Origin: Myxococcota bacterium
Lineage (GTDB): Bacteria > Myxococcota_A > UBA796 > GCA-2862545
NCBI GenBank assembly: GCA_039208735.1
Contig: JBCCQY010000083.1
Span: 1 to 38,087 of the forward strand
Length of the DNA stretch: 38,087 nucleotides
Direction: 5' to 3'
Under the pieces are notes generated by a model. The model did not search any database, was not told the DNA's origin, and saw only the letters and a list, made by a program, of their open reading frames with translations. Shown here one piece after another: positions 18,259-28,437 of this stretch (positions are counted from its first letter, which is position 1; each line of letters starts with the position of its first letter). A program made the position numbers and the translations under genes.

Positions 18259-18279
18259 TGTCGTCAAAGATTGATGACA
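18259..18279. promoter_or_regulatory. 9-3-9 inverted repeat, candidate operator in divergent intergenic region
   Basis: TGTCGTCAA-AGA-TTGATGACA (8 of 9 pairs), AT-rich relative to the surroundings. Confidence 0.35.
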
Positions 18280-18408
18280 TTTGTTGACTACAGCGACTCT
18301 ACCCGCTGGGTCGTACCGAACGGCCCTTGCGGCAGCGGCTGGGATCGCAGGTGCCATGGCGTCAATCACGCGTAGAAGGTACCGTGATCGGTGTCGACAG
18401 GAGAGCCT

Positions 18409-18639
18409 ATGCCTGGTCCCACGATCGTGCCGCCGTGCTCTTTGCCTCCTCCTCCGTCTGCTGACGTGAGGCGACGGAGCATTTCGCCGCAATTCGATGT
18501 GGGGCCTGCGTGGCCGCCCGATGAAGTCGTCGAGTGGTTCTTGACGTCACCCGTGGTGCCCATGGCCTTCCTCCTGCTCATGCTCTGGATGGCCGGAGGA
18601 TTGGGGATGACGGCGGTGGTCGTCCTCGTTCTTACGTAG
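18409..18639 (+). CDS. Small membrane protein (76 aa)
   Basis: AGGAG RBS before ATG 18409, Pro-rich N-terminus, long C-terminal hydrophobic segment. Fills an otherwise empty gap. Confidence 0.5.
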   Translation: MPGPTIVPPCSLPPPPSADVRRRSISPQFDVGPAWPPDEVVEWFLTSPVVPMAFLLLMLWMAGGLGMTAVVVLVLT

Positions 18640-20287
18640 GGGCCGCGGTCGCAAGGGGCAGGTGTCGAAGTTCTGGAGGGCAGGGCGGGGCTTTGTCTTG
18701 CCAGGTGATGGGGCGAACAAACCCGGTGCGAAGCGCTTCGACCTTCATCGCACGGCGCCATTCGAAGGCGCAACGCTCACAATCGTCCGCGAACGTCGAC
18801 CAGACCAGGACAAACACATCGGCGGCCTCGATGGCTTCGCGAACCGCGGCTCGTCCCTGCTCTCGACGCAAGGTGCCGACATCCACCACAACGTCGTCGC
18901 CTAGCGCCTGACAGACGGCGTCGATTCGAGCGCTTACCCACGGGTCGCCTTCGCCGTACGAGACGACGATCCTTCGGAATGGGGATGCCTCGATCCGCTG
19001 GTAGGCGGGAGCATCCGGATGAGGAGCCATCGTCCACGGCCCGACCTGCGCAACTTCAAGGTCGGCGATACGAACCGAGGTTCGAAGACGGACTTCCGAC
19101 TCGGAAACTCGCACGTCGAATGCAAAGCGAGCTTGTGTGGAGCCGACGACGCGAGTCACGTGGGTCGGTGCCCAGGAAGCCCCTGCCACATTGGCTTCTA
19201 GTGCCATCGTCAGTGGGGTGCCCTCGGGCAGCGGGATGTCGCCTGAGCCGTCGGCAAACACCAAGACGGTTTGGGGTTGGTTTGGTTCGCCTCGGTCAGG
19301 CGCGCAGGCGAGCATGCGCAGCGAGGGACTGCCCCCGTCGGAGCGATCCACGGTCGAACGCAGCGCTTGTTTCAGTCGACGTGCCATGGGGTCGAGGTTC
19401 ACCCCAGGGGCCTCGCTGTCGTCGGCGGCCTCCAACGGAGGGACGTCCAGGGTCGAAGAACGTCCGGGCTTGGTTCTCGGGGCGGCTGAAAAGCCGATCG
19501 AACCGGGAGACAGTCGGAGTTGCCGCACCACTCCGCCATGGCCGCGGATGGCGTCATTGAGGGTTGCCTCCACGGCCCGTCCGGATGTCGATAGGCGCGA
19601 CAGTGGCTCGACGGCGTTGATGTTGGCTTCGAGGGCGGTTTGAATGCCTCGACGAACCGCGTTTCGAAGTCCGGTTTCGGTGTAGCGAAGGAGGCCTTGG
19701 ACCGGGGCGAGTTCAGGATCGACGGCGTACCGAACCTCCACCTCGGCCACCCGTGGTGGACCATCGGTGGGCTGGAAAACGCAGAGGTCCCACAACGTAC
19801 CCTGCTGGGCTTCGAACTGGACTTCGGTCGCGATGCTCAAGACTGCACCGATGGTCGCGGCCTCCTCGGCCGCACGTTGCGCAAGGCGGTGCAACCAGTC
19901 GGGGCTTGTCGCCGTTTCGTGCCCTGGCAAATCGCTTGCCCATCGTTGAACGAGTACAGGCAATCGTTCGTGGGGCACGTGGGCCGGGATGGCCCATTCA
20001 CGAACGAAGGTTTCCTCGTGGTCGGGGGCGCAGGCGATCGCGAAGTGGGTCTGGAGCGAAAGGTGGCCCTCGGGACGCTCCAGCACCCAATCGAACGCTC
20101 CTTCGATACGCGCATCGGCGTTGCGCAGGTTGGTGACCAGAAACCCTTCAGTGCGGGTGAATGGAGTCCATGCTCGCGGCTCAACGAAGCGATCGCGGCG
20201 TCGGTCGTAGGCCACCACCCGTTGGGTCGTGGGATCGAACGGAGTGTTGCGCTTTGCGGGCAGGACGATGGGCTCGAGCGTCGCCAT
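18632..20287 (-). CDS. Multidomain protein with C-terminal TIR domain and N-terminal SPFH/Band7-like region
   Basis: aa 437-546 are TIR-like: RRIVVSY..D, AIEAADVFVLVWS, AFEW, FVRPITW..PPELRHL. aa 322-420 look like a beta-sandwich. aa 165-260 show an SPFH-like pattern (weaker call). Confidence 0.72.
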   Translation of the reverse strand: MATLEPIVLPAKRNTPFDPTTQRVVAYDRRRDRFVEPRAWTPFTRTEGFLVTNLRNADARIEGAFDWVLERPEGHLSLQTHFAIACAPDHEETFVREWAIPAHVPHERLPVLVQRWASDLPGHETATSPDWLHRLAQRAAEEAATIGAVLSIATEVQFEAQQGTLWDLCVFQPTDGPPRVAEVEVRYAVDPELAPVQGLLRYTETGLRNAVRRGIQTALEANINAVEPLSRLSTSGRAVEATLNDAIRGHGGVVRQLRLSPGSIGFSAAPRTKPGRSSTLDVPPLEAADDSEAPGVNLDPMARRLKQALRSTVDRSDGGSPSLRMLACAPDRGEPNQPQTVLVFADGSGDIPLPEGTPLTMALEANVAGASWAPTHVTRVVGSTQARFAFDVRVSESEVRLRTSVRIADLEVAQVGPWTMAPHPDAPAYQRIEASPFRRIVVSYGEGDPWVSARIDAVCQALGDDVVVDVGTLRREQGRAAVREAIEAADVFVLVWSTFADDCERCAFEWRRAMKVEALRTGFVRPITWQDKAPPCPPELRHLPLATAAPT

Positions 20288-20296
20288 GTCCCTTGA

Positions 20297-21766
20297 TTAT
20301 CTTGGCGGGGATCCAGAGATGGCGACTTCGTAGTCGATGAGCACGATTTCGCCGGGGCGCGGGGCACGTTCTTCGAGCCAGACGGCGTTTCGTGTTGCAT
20401 CGTACTGCCACGGACCGAGCGCTTTCAGGGCCTTGGCCAGGTTGGGCCGTGGACCAATGCGCTGGTGGACGGGGCCCGATGGACCATCCGTCTGGGGGGA
20501 ACCCGTGCGAACCAGAAGCTCGCGAAGGTCGTTGGGTCGTAAGGGAGCACGCCCCTCGGCGCGTTGGATGCCCTGAATCAGCACCGCAGCGCCCGCCACG
20601 ATGGGCGATGCGCTCGATGTACCGCCGAATTGCCGAGTGTAGCTGCGGGTCGACGAATCGGCACACCGCTGCAGGTCGCCGTAGTGGAGGGTGGCCACCG
20701 AATCGCCCCAGCCCTGAACATCGACGCGGGACCCGTAGTTCGAAAAGTTGAGCCGGGACCGATCCGCGCGCCCGGGCCTGGCCGGGGCCCCAGCGCCCAC
20801 CATGATGGACCCCGAGTTTCGCTTCGCACGGTCGAATTTGCCGGCGTAGGCCGGATGGTCGAGATGCTCTGCACCATTGCCGGCGGCCTCGATGACAATG
20901 ACGCCCCGGGCGGTGGCGACGCGGATGGCGTCAAACACGTCATCCCAGTACTCCATCGGGATGTATCGCCCACGGGGACCAATTCCGTGCAGTTCGATGA
21001 GCAGAACATCCCCGGCCCGCAGTCGCCCCGCGGCAGCATCAATCGCGGCGGCAACGCCGATGCGACTTGCGCTCGCGGTGAAGATTTGGCTCAAGTTGGG
21101 GGCGATGCCCACCATGCCGATTCGGTTGTCGAGCGCCGCCATTTCGCCAAGGACCGCCGTGCCGTGAGCGCGGTAGGGACCGCCCACAGGGCCTGCGACA
21201 TGGGTGATGCGATCGTTGGGCAGGTCCTCATGGTCTTCCTCCCAACCCAGTTCGATGTCGGCGAACCGTACCCCGTCGCCTCGCCCGCCGGGTCGCGCCC
21301 ACGCGGCTGAAACGTCGATGCCTCCTGGCGCCGGGCCGAGGTAGCCCTGATGGGGCACGTAGGACGGGGTTCGAACGGGGCACGAATCGGTGAGGGAGGG
21401 GCGCGGCAGGGCAGACGCGGGTTCGACCTCGGGAGCCACGAAGGCCACGGTGACACCGGGGTGCGCCTCCAAACGATTCGCCAAGGCATCCGCCGCACCT
21501 GCAGCGGCCGGCAGCCGCCGCCAGCGCAGCAGGTCGGGAACCTCGGTCCCTTGACGAGCTTGGGCGCTCTGCCGATCCGCTTCGACGGCGGTGGGGTCGC
21601 GGACCACCAGCAAATCAGCGCGTTGGGCGACTTCGAGGCCCGGCGTCGCGGCGACGGAGGCGAGGGTTGTGTCTGCGGCCAGTTTGAAGTGAACCATCGG
21701 GGTGGGGGACGAGCTGTCTTCGACCCACGCGGTGCACGCCAACCATCCCCACCAAAGACCGAGCAT
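20297..21766 (-). CDS. S8 family (subtilase) serine peptidase, probably exported lipoprotein
   Basis: Catalytic D (FADIELG), H (HGTAVLG), oxyanion N (EAAGNG), S (FGGTSSASP). GGAGG RBS, N-terminus MLGLWWGWLAC. Confidence 0.92.
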   Translation of the reverse strand: MLGLWWGWLACTAWVEDSSSPTPMVHFKLAADTTLASVAATPGLEVAQRADLLVVRDPTAVEADRQSAQARQGTEVPDLLRWRRLPAAAGAADALANRLEAHPGVTVAFVAPEVEPASALPRPSLTDSCPVRTPSYVPHQGYLGPAPGGIDVSAAWARPGGRGDGVRFADIELGWEEDHEDLPNDRITHVAGPVGGPYRAHGTAVLGEMAALDNRIGMVGIAPNLSQIFTASASRIGVAAAIDAAAGRLRAGDVLLIELHGIGPRGRYIPMEYWDDVFDAIRVATARGVIVIEAAGNGAEHLDHPAYAGKFDRAKRNSGSIMVGAGAPARPGRADRSRLNFSNYGSRVDVQGWGDSVATLHYGDLQRCADSSTRSYTRQFGGTSSASPIVAGAAVLIQGIQRAEGRAPLRPNDLRELLVRTGSPQTDGPSGPVHQRIGPRPNLAKALKALGPWQYDATRNAVWLEERAPRPGEIVLIDYEVAISGSPPR

Positions 21767-21833
21767 CGTTTGCCTCCGAGCCCTTCCATTTTGACACGAT
21801 GGAATGCGCGAGGCATCACGGGACCACCTCGGA

Positions 21834-23285
21834 TTAGGGGATCGTCACCCGCACACCTTGGCTCTCGACGCCATGGCGTCCGGCCGCCGTGACGACCCAA
21901 TCGCCCGCCTTTAAGGCGACGCCTGAGGTCTTCGCGGAAATTACTGTTTCGACCTGCCAGTCGCCCTCGCCCTTGCGGTATACAACCCACCATCGAGCGG
22001 CCGGATGGGTCACGTCCACGCCACCCGGCTTGACCTTGACAACCGGTGGATCAACCCGCTGATCAGCGAGGGCGGTGAGCGGCGGAAGAAGCGCTGGGGT
22101 GGGGTAGAACTCGGACCGGAACACATCGCGGATACCTTGGTCGTTGCTGACGAGCGGGCCGATGTGGAACCAGATGTTGCCCGATGCGTGTTGACGCGTG
22201 AGCGCGACCTGCTGACGAAACTCATCGATCGTCCAGGACGTGTCGTGTCCCAGCCGGGCGAGGAAGTTTCCGGGAAAGGTGTAGCCATCACCCGGCAGGC
22301 CACTCCACCACTCGAGCAGCGGCGCGTAGGCCTGCTTCGTCTTGGTCGTCGGCCAGTACAATTGCGGAGCCAAGTAGTCGATGAAGCCCTCGGCCAACCA
22401 CTTTGGCGGATCGGCGTAGAGCTTGGCGTACTGATCGAAGCCCTGAATGCCTTCGGGTTGACCCGGCCGATAGATGCCGAACGGACTGATGCCAAAGCGG
22501 ACCCAGGGCTTTCGTGACACCACCACGTCATGGATTCGCTCGACCATGCGGTCGACGTTCGCCCGTCGCCAGTCTTCGAGGCTAAGCCCGTTTCCATGGG
22601 CCTGGTAGGTGGCTCGGTCAGGGAATCGAGCCTTTGCCGGGTAGGGGTAGAAGTAGTCGTCGAAGTGCACGCCATCTATGTCGTAGCGCTCAACGACGTC
22701 GGCGATGACCGCGGCCGTGTGGTCTTGCACCTCGGGCGCGCCGGGGTCCATCCAACGGTGGGTACCGTGCTTGTGCACATGGTCGGCCAGGGTGACGGCC
22801 ACGTGGGAGTCGACCACTGGGTCGGAGTGTTTGAGGCCTGCACGATAGGGGTTGAACCACGCATGCAGCTCGATCCCCCGGGCATGGCAGGCGTCGATGG
22901 CGAACGCCAGCGGATCGTAGCCGGGGTCTGCGCCTTGCCTGCCGCTAATGTAGCGGCTCCATGGTTCAAGGTGGCTTGGGTAGAGGGCGTCGGCCTCGGG
23001 CCGGATCTGAAAGAAGATCGCATTGAGGCCTGCATCTGCGCTGGCCTGGATCAAGCCTTCGAGTTCAGCGCGTTGGGTCTCAGCCGAGAGCCCTGGTTTT
23101 GAGGGCCAATTGATGTTGTCGACGGTGGCGATCCAGCCTCCGCGGAGTTCTCGCCGGTGCGACACGTTCACGAGTTCCACTTTGGGTGGTTCGACGGTGG
23201 GGGCCTCGGACGGAGGGGCGGCGGGGGCCTGGCGAACGGCACACCCTCCCAGTGCAAGCCCCACCACCCAAATCCATTGCTGCAT
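21834..23285 (-). CDS. Glycoside hydrolase family 10-like (DUF187, YddW/DigH-like) lipoprotein
   Basis: Lipobox LGGC, ELRGGWIATVDNINWPS, FFQIRPEADALY, ELHAWFNPYR, DGVHFDDYFYP, FGISPFG, DYLAPQLYW. Confidence 0.92.
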   Translation of the reverse strand: MQQWIWVVGLALGGCAVRQAPAAPPSEAPTVEPPKVELVNVSHRRELRGGWIATVDNINWPSKPGLSAETQRAELEGLIQASADAGLNAIFFQIRPEADALYPSHLEPWSRYISGRQGADPGYDPLAFAIDACHARGIELHAWFNPYRAGLKHSDPVVDSHVAVTLADHVHKHGTHRWMDPGAPEVQDHTAAVIADVVERYDIDGVHFDDYFYPYPAKARFPDRATYQAHGNGLSLEDWRRANVDRMVERIHDVVVSRKPWVRFGISPFGIYRPGQPEGIQGFDQYAKLYADPPKWLAEGFIDYLAPQLYWPTTKTKQAYAPLLEWWSGLPGDGYTFPGNFLARLGHDTSWTIDEFRQQVALTRQHASGNIWFHIGPLVSNDQGIRDVFRSEFYPTPALLPPLTALADQRVDPPVVKVKPGGVDVTHPAARWWVVYRKGEGDWQVETVISAKTSGVALKAGDWVVTAAGRHGVESQGVRVTIP

Positions 23286-23300
23286 CGGTCACCCCGTCGG

Positions 23301-24128
23301 TCATGGGGCATCGTAGTCGCTCGCTCCGAGCAGAGCGTGACACCCTTCGACGGTCGCGGCGTCCTGCGGAAACCACGGCTCGATCACCATTTCGTCCAGC
23401 ATCACGGCTTGGGGCGCCTGGAACACGGTCGCCATGATGAGGAAGCGCAGATCGAGGTCGTCGACCCGCAAGTGCAACACCAGCGCGGGTGAGGCAGGTA
23501 CCGATAGGTCCGCGTTGCGCCAGTCATCCTCGATGGTCGACATGCCCAGGAGTTCGTCCAGCAAGTTGCGAAGTGGCCCTTCGCGGGGAGCCGCCAACAC
23601 CTCGCGGTGGATTCGCCACAACAAGGCCCGCGCCACCTCCTCGAAATTCACCACGGTGGACTTGGCCCCCTTGGGATCGAAGGTCAGACGGGCCAAGTTG
23701 AGGCGTTGACCAGGGGGTGGAGTGAAGTCCCCGAAGAACCGATCGAACAGCGCCACCGCACCCCGGTTCAGATCGAGGATGTCGTACGTTCGATCCACGA
23801 TCAGCAACGGGAACGGCTCGTGATGATCCTTCATGAGCTGCAGAGCGCTCGTGACTTCGTCCGGAAGACCTTGAGAATCGGGGTACGCAGGGGGATGACC
23901 GGCCGCGGTGAGCATCGCATTGATATGGCGCAGCGGGACGTTGAGGCACGCGGCGAGACGCAGGACCATTTCAGGGCTTGGGGCCGAACGACCCGTTTCG
24001 AGAAAGCTCACATGCCGACTCGAGACGCCGGCGGTCAGCGCAAGGTCGAGCTGACTCAAGCCTCGTCGTCCTCGCCAGTGCTTGAGCAGTGCGGGAAACA
24101 GTCCCGCGCGATGGTCGCGGTCCGCCAT
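23301..24128 (-). CDS. XRE-family HTH transcriptional regulator with MmyB-like ligand-binding domain
   Basis: LKHWRGRRGLSQLDLALTAGVSSRHVSFLETGRSAPS, then HEPFPLLIVDR..DIL..N and FPQDAAT. Confidence 0.9.
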   Translation of the reverse strand: MADRDHRAGLFPALLKHWRGRRGLSQLDLALTAGVSSRHVSFLETGRSAPSPEMVLRLAACLNVPLRHINAMLTAAGHPPAYPDSQGLPDEVTSALQLMKDHHEPFPLLIVDRTYDILDLNRGAVALFDRFFGDFTPPPGQRLNLARLTFDPKGAKSTVVNFEEVARALLWRIHREVLAAPREGPLRNLLDELLGMSTIEDDWRNADLSVPASPALVLHLRVDDLDLRFLIMATVFQAPQAVMLDEMVIEPWFPQDAATVEGCHALLGASDYDAP

Positions 24129-24135
24129 GGTGCGA

Positions 24136-24921
24136 TTACCCGGGCAAGTCAGCGGTTTCCAGGCCGTTTACGAACTGGTCAATGGCCTCGATAATGGCTT
24201 CGTCTTGCTCATTGACTAGCCAGTGCGCGGCGTCTGGGATCGTCACCGTCTGGGCGTGTTGCAGCCGGCGAGCCAGGTCCCACTGTCCCCAAGCCATCAC
24301 CGGTCCTGACGATGCCCCTCGCACCAGCAACGTAGGCACGTTCATGGCATCGAAAGGCAACGGGTATTGCTCGGGCAATTCCTGATGAAGGGCGATCACT
24401 TGGGCGGGGTCGGTCTTCGAATGATTCTCGAGCACGAGCGCGTACCAGCGGTCTGGAAACCCCTCGGGGTCGTGTAGGCGCCAGTACCACGGCGCTCGGT
24501 TGCGGAACTGTGGGGGCCCTTTTCGATAGGTCTGTCGCATGTAGAGCCAGGCCGCGAGTCGCGCCAGCCACCGGTAGGGGATCACGGCCGGTTCGAGGAG
24601 GACGTACCCACGGGTTGTGAGGTGAGGGGCGACAAGGAGGCTGGTCAGCCCTCCGAGGCTGTGGCCGACCACAATGCCGTCGTCACCGAGGTGTTCTTTG
24701 AGCGTGGCTCGAGTTTCCTCGAGAAACGTGCGCCAGCCTGGCGGATCTGGCGTCTTTGACCCGGCAAAGCCTGGCAGATCGAACAGCGTCACCGCGAGTC
24801 CGCGCTCGGCGAGTCGCGACGCGAAGGGCACGTAGTAGGCCCGTGACATCCCATTGCTGTGGAGCAGGCCCAGGTGGGCCCGTCGTTCGCCCCGCGCGGG
24901 CAGATGGAGGTGGGGTAGCAA
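24136..24921 (-). CDS. Alpha/beta fold hydrolase
   Basis: LLHSNG, DLPGF, nucleophile elbow GHSLGG, VPTLLVRG, catalytic His in DAAHW. TTG start behind AAGGAA. Confidence 0.85.
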   Translation of the reverse strand: MLPHLHLPARGERRAHLGLLHSNGMSRAYYVPFASRLAERGLAVTLFDLPGFAGSKTPDPPGWRTFLEETRATLKEHLGDDGIVVGHSLGGLTSLLVAPHLTTRGYVLLEPAVIPYRWLARLAAWLYMRQTYRKGPPQFRNRAPWYWRLHDPEGFPDRWYALVLENHSKTDPAQVIALHQELPEQYPLPFDAMNVPTLLVRGASSGPVMAWGQWDLARRLQHAQTVTIPDAAHWLVNEQDEAIIEAIDQFVNGLETADLPG

Positions 24922-25049
24922 GTTTTCGACCGTTCCTTTTCACCCAAGGGGTGAGGGATCCCGAGCCGATCGAGGGCTTTCGATCGAAAGGTCCATGTAG
25001 TTACGCCTTCGCAGACCGAGCTATCCCTGTCCGTCGAAGAATCTTATAG

Positions 25050-25065
25050 TTAGAATGATTCTAGA
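25050..25065. promoter_or_regulatory. PerR/Fur-family-like box upstream of katG1
   Basis: TTAGAATGATTCTAGA has a perfect 6-1-6 core (TAGAAT-G-ATTCTA) and lies about 60 nt upstream of katG. A near-copy sits upstream of the second katG. Confidence 0.65.
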
Positions 25066-25098
25066 CTAGACGACAGGCGGTCCAGAAGGACCTTTTAG

Positions 25099-27324
<2,226 letters not shown>

Positions 27325-27330
27325 AGCCCG

Positions 27331-28314
27331 TCAGCCTTGGCCACCCTGCGCCTTGACGGGACGTGTCTCGACGGGGAGCGCGGTGGCCACAGGTGGCGCG
27401 GTCTGAGGCGCGACTTCAAGACCGTCTTCAAACCGGTTTCCTAGCGAACGGATGAGCCCCATTGCGATATCGGAGTTCGTCTGCATCTGATGCTGAAACC
27501 GGTCTCGCGTGAGCACCATCGCGTCGGTGGGTTCCGCCGCCACGATGTTGTGTGTGCGACGGCGGGGTGACAAAAGTGCAAGTTCACCAAACACATGGCC
27601 ACGAGCCAGCCTAACCACGGGCTCCGCACGCTCGGGGGTCAGTACGTCCGCCGAGCCCTCCACGATCAGGTAGGCGTCTTCGGCGAGGTCGCCTGCGTTG
27701 ACCAAGGGCTCCCCGGGCTCGAAGAGCACACGCTCGAAGTTCTCCATCCAAAGCCCAACATCCTGGCGCTCGGTGAAGGTCACGTAGTCTTCCGCCATCT
27801 CGGCCAGGTCCATGACCACGGGTACGCTTGGGAGCCCCTCGTCACTCACGAACGGCTCGCCCACGGGTCGAAACCCGATGCGCTGAATCAGCCCCACGGC
27901 CTTGGGGTTCACCGGTCCACAGAGATGGGTGCGATGGTTCAGCACGCCCCAGTACATGCACATTCGGAGCAGGCTCACGATCAGCCTTGGGTTGTCCCGA
28001 TTCTCACGTCTAAGGCACATCATGCCGCACGAAGCAACGCGTGCGTCGCCGGGCATGTGGGCTCGGAAGTCGAAGAAGTCATCGGCCGGTACGCCCGCAT
28101 CACTATCGAGCGTGATTCGAATCCCACCCGCCACTTCACCGTCCACGATGGCACAGAGATTTGCGGTCGTCGGAAGGGTGTCGTAGACATCGACAATCTC
28201 ACCACCACGCGCGGGTGGCATATACCCTTCCTCTTCCACAAACACCCGATGCCGGACCGCAAACAGTGCACGGAGGTCGGCAGGGGCTTGAGCCACTTTG
28301 ATCCGAATGGTCAT
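27331..28314 (-). CDS. GNAT-fold N-acyltransferase (FeeM/LuxI-like) fused to a cyclic-nucleotide-binding domain
   Basis: N-terminal half: LFAVRHRVFVEEEGY...DVYD, GGIRI, VNPK..RIGF. C-terminal half: FEPGEPLVNAGD..AYLIVEGSADV..GHVFGELALL..RRT..A. Confidence 0.8.
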   Translation of the reverse strand: MTIRIKVAQAPADLRALFAVRHRVFVEEEGYMPPARGGEIVDVYDTLPTTANLCAIVDGEVAGGIRITLDSDAGVPADDFFDFRAHMPGDARVASCGMMCLRRENRDNPRLIVSLLRMCMYWGVLNHRTHLCGPVNPKAVGLIQRIGFRPVGEPFVSDEGLPSVPVVMDLAEMAEDYVTFTERQDVGLWMENFERVLFEPGEPLVNAGDLAEDAYLIVEGSADVLTPERAEPVVRLARGHVFGELALLSPRRRTHNIVAAEPTDAMVLTRDRFQHQMQTNSDIAMGLIRSLGNRFEDGLEVAPQTAPPVATALPVETRPVKAQGGQG

Positions 28315-28419
28315 GACGTCCGCTGGATTCTAATACACGAGTTCCTTTGACTGTTTGGCATGCGCGCTGTCCAGGGGCGCCTGACAAAGGATGGTCAGAC
28401 GGGGGATCCCGTTGACAAA

Positions 28420-28437
28420 TGCGACAAGACTGCGACA
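28420..28437 (-). promoter_or_regulatory. 11-bp-period direct repeat (TGTCGCA x2 on minus strand), OmpR/PhoB-type site candidate
   Basis: TGCGACA at 28420-28426 and 28431-28437, about 105 nt upstream of the acyltransferase start. Confidence 0.3.

Noticed and set aside
5902..20287. The two TIR genes as a Thoeris/CBASS/Pycsar system or defence island
   Set aside because: They are 10 kb apart with unrelated genes between them. No ThsA-like effector, cyclase, restriction or mobility genes are nearby.
24940..24990. Palindromes TCACCC-AAG-GGGTGA (24940-24954) and CTTTCGATCGAAAG (24977-24990)
   Set aside because: Real inverted repeats in a divergent promoter region, but with no second copy, U-tract or recognised motif, so no function could be assigned.
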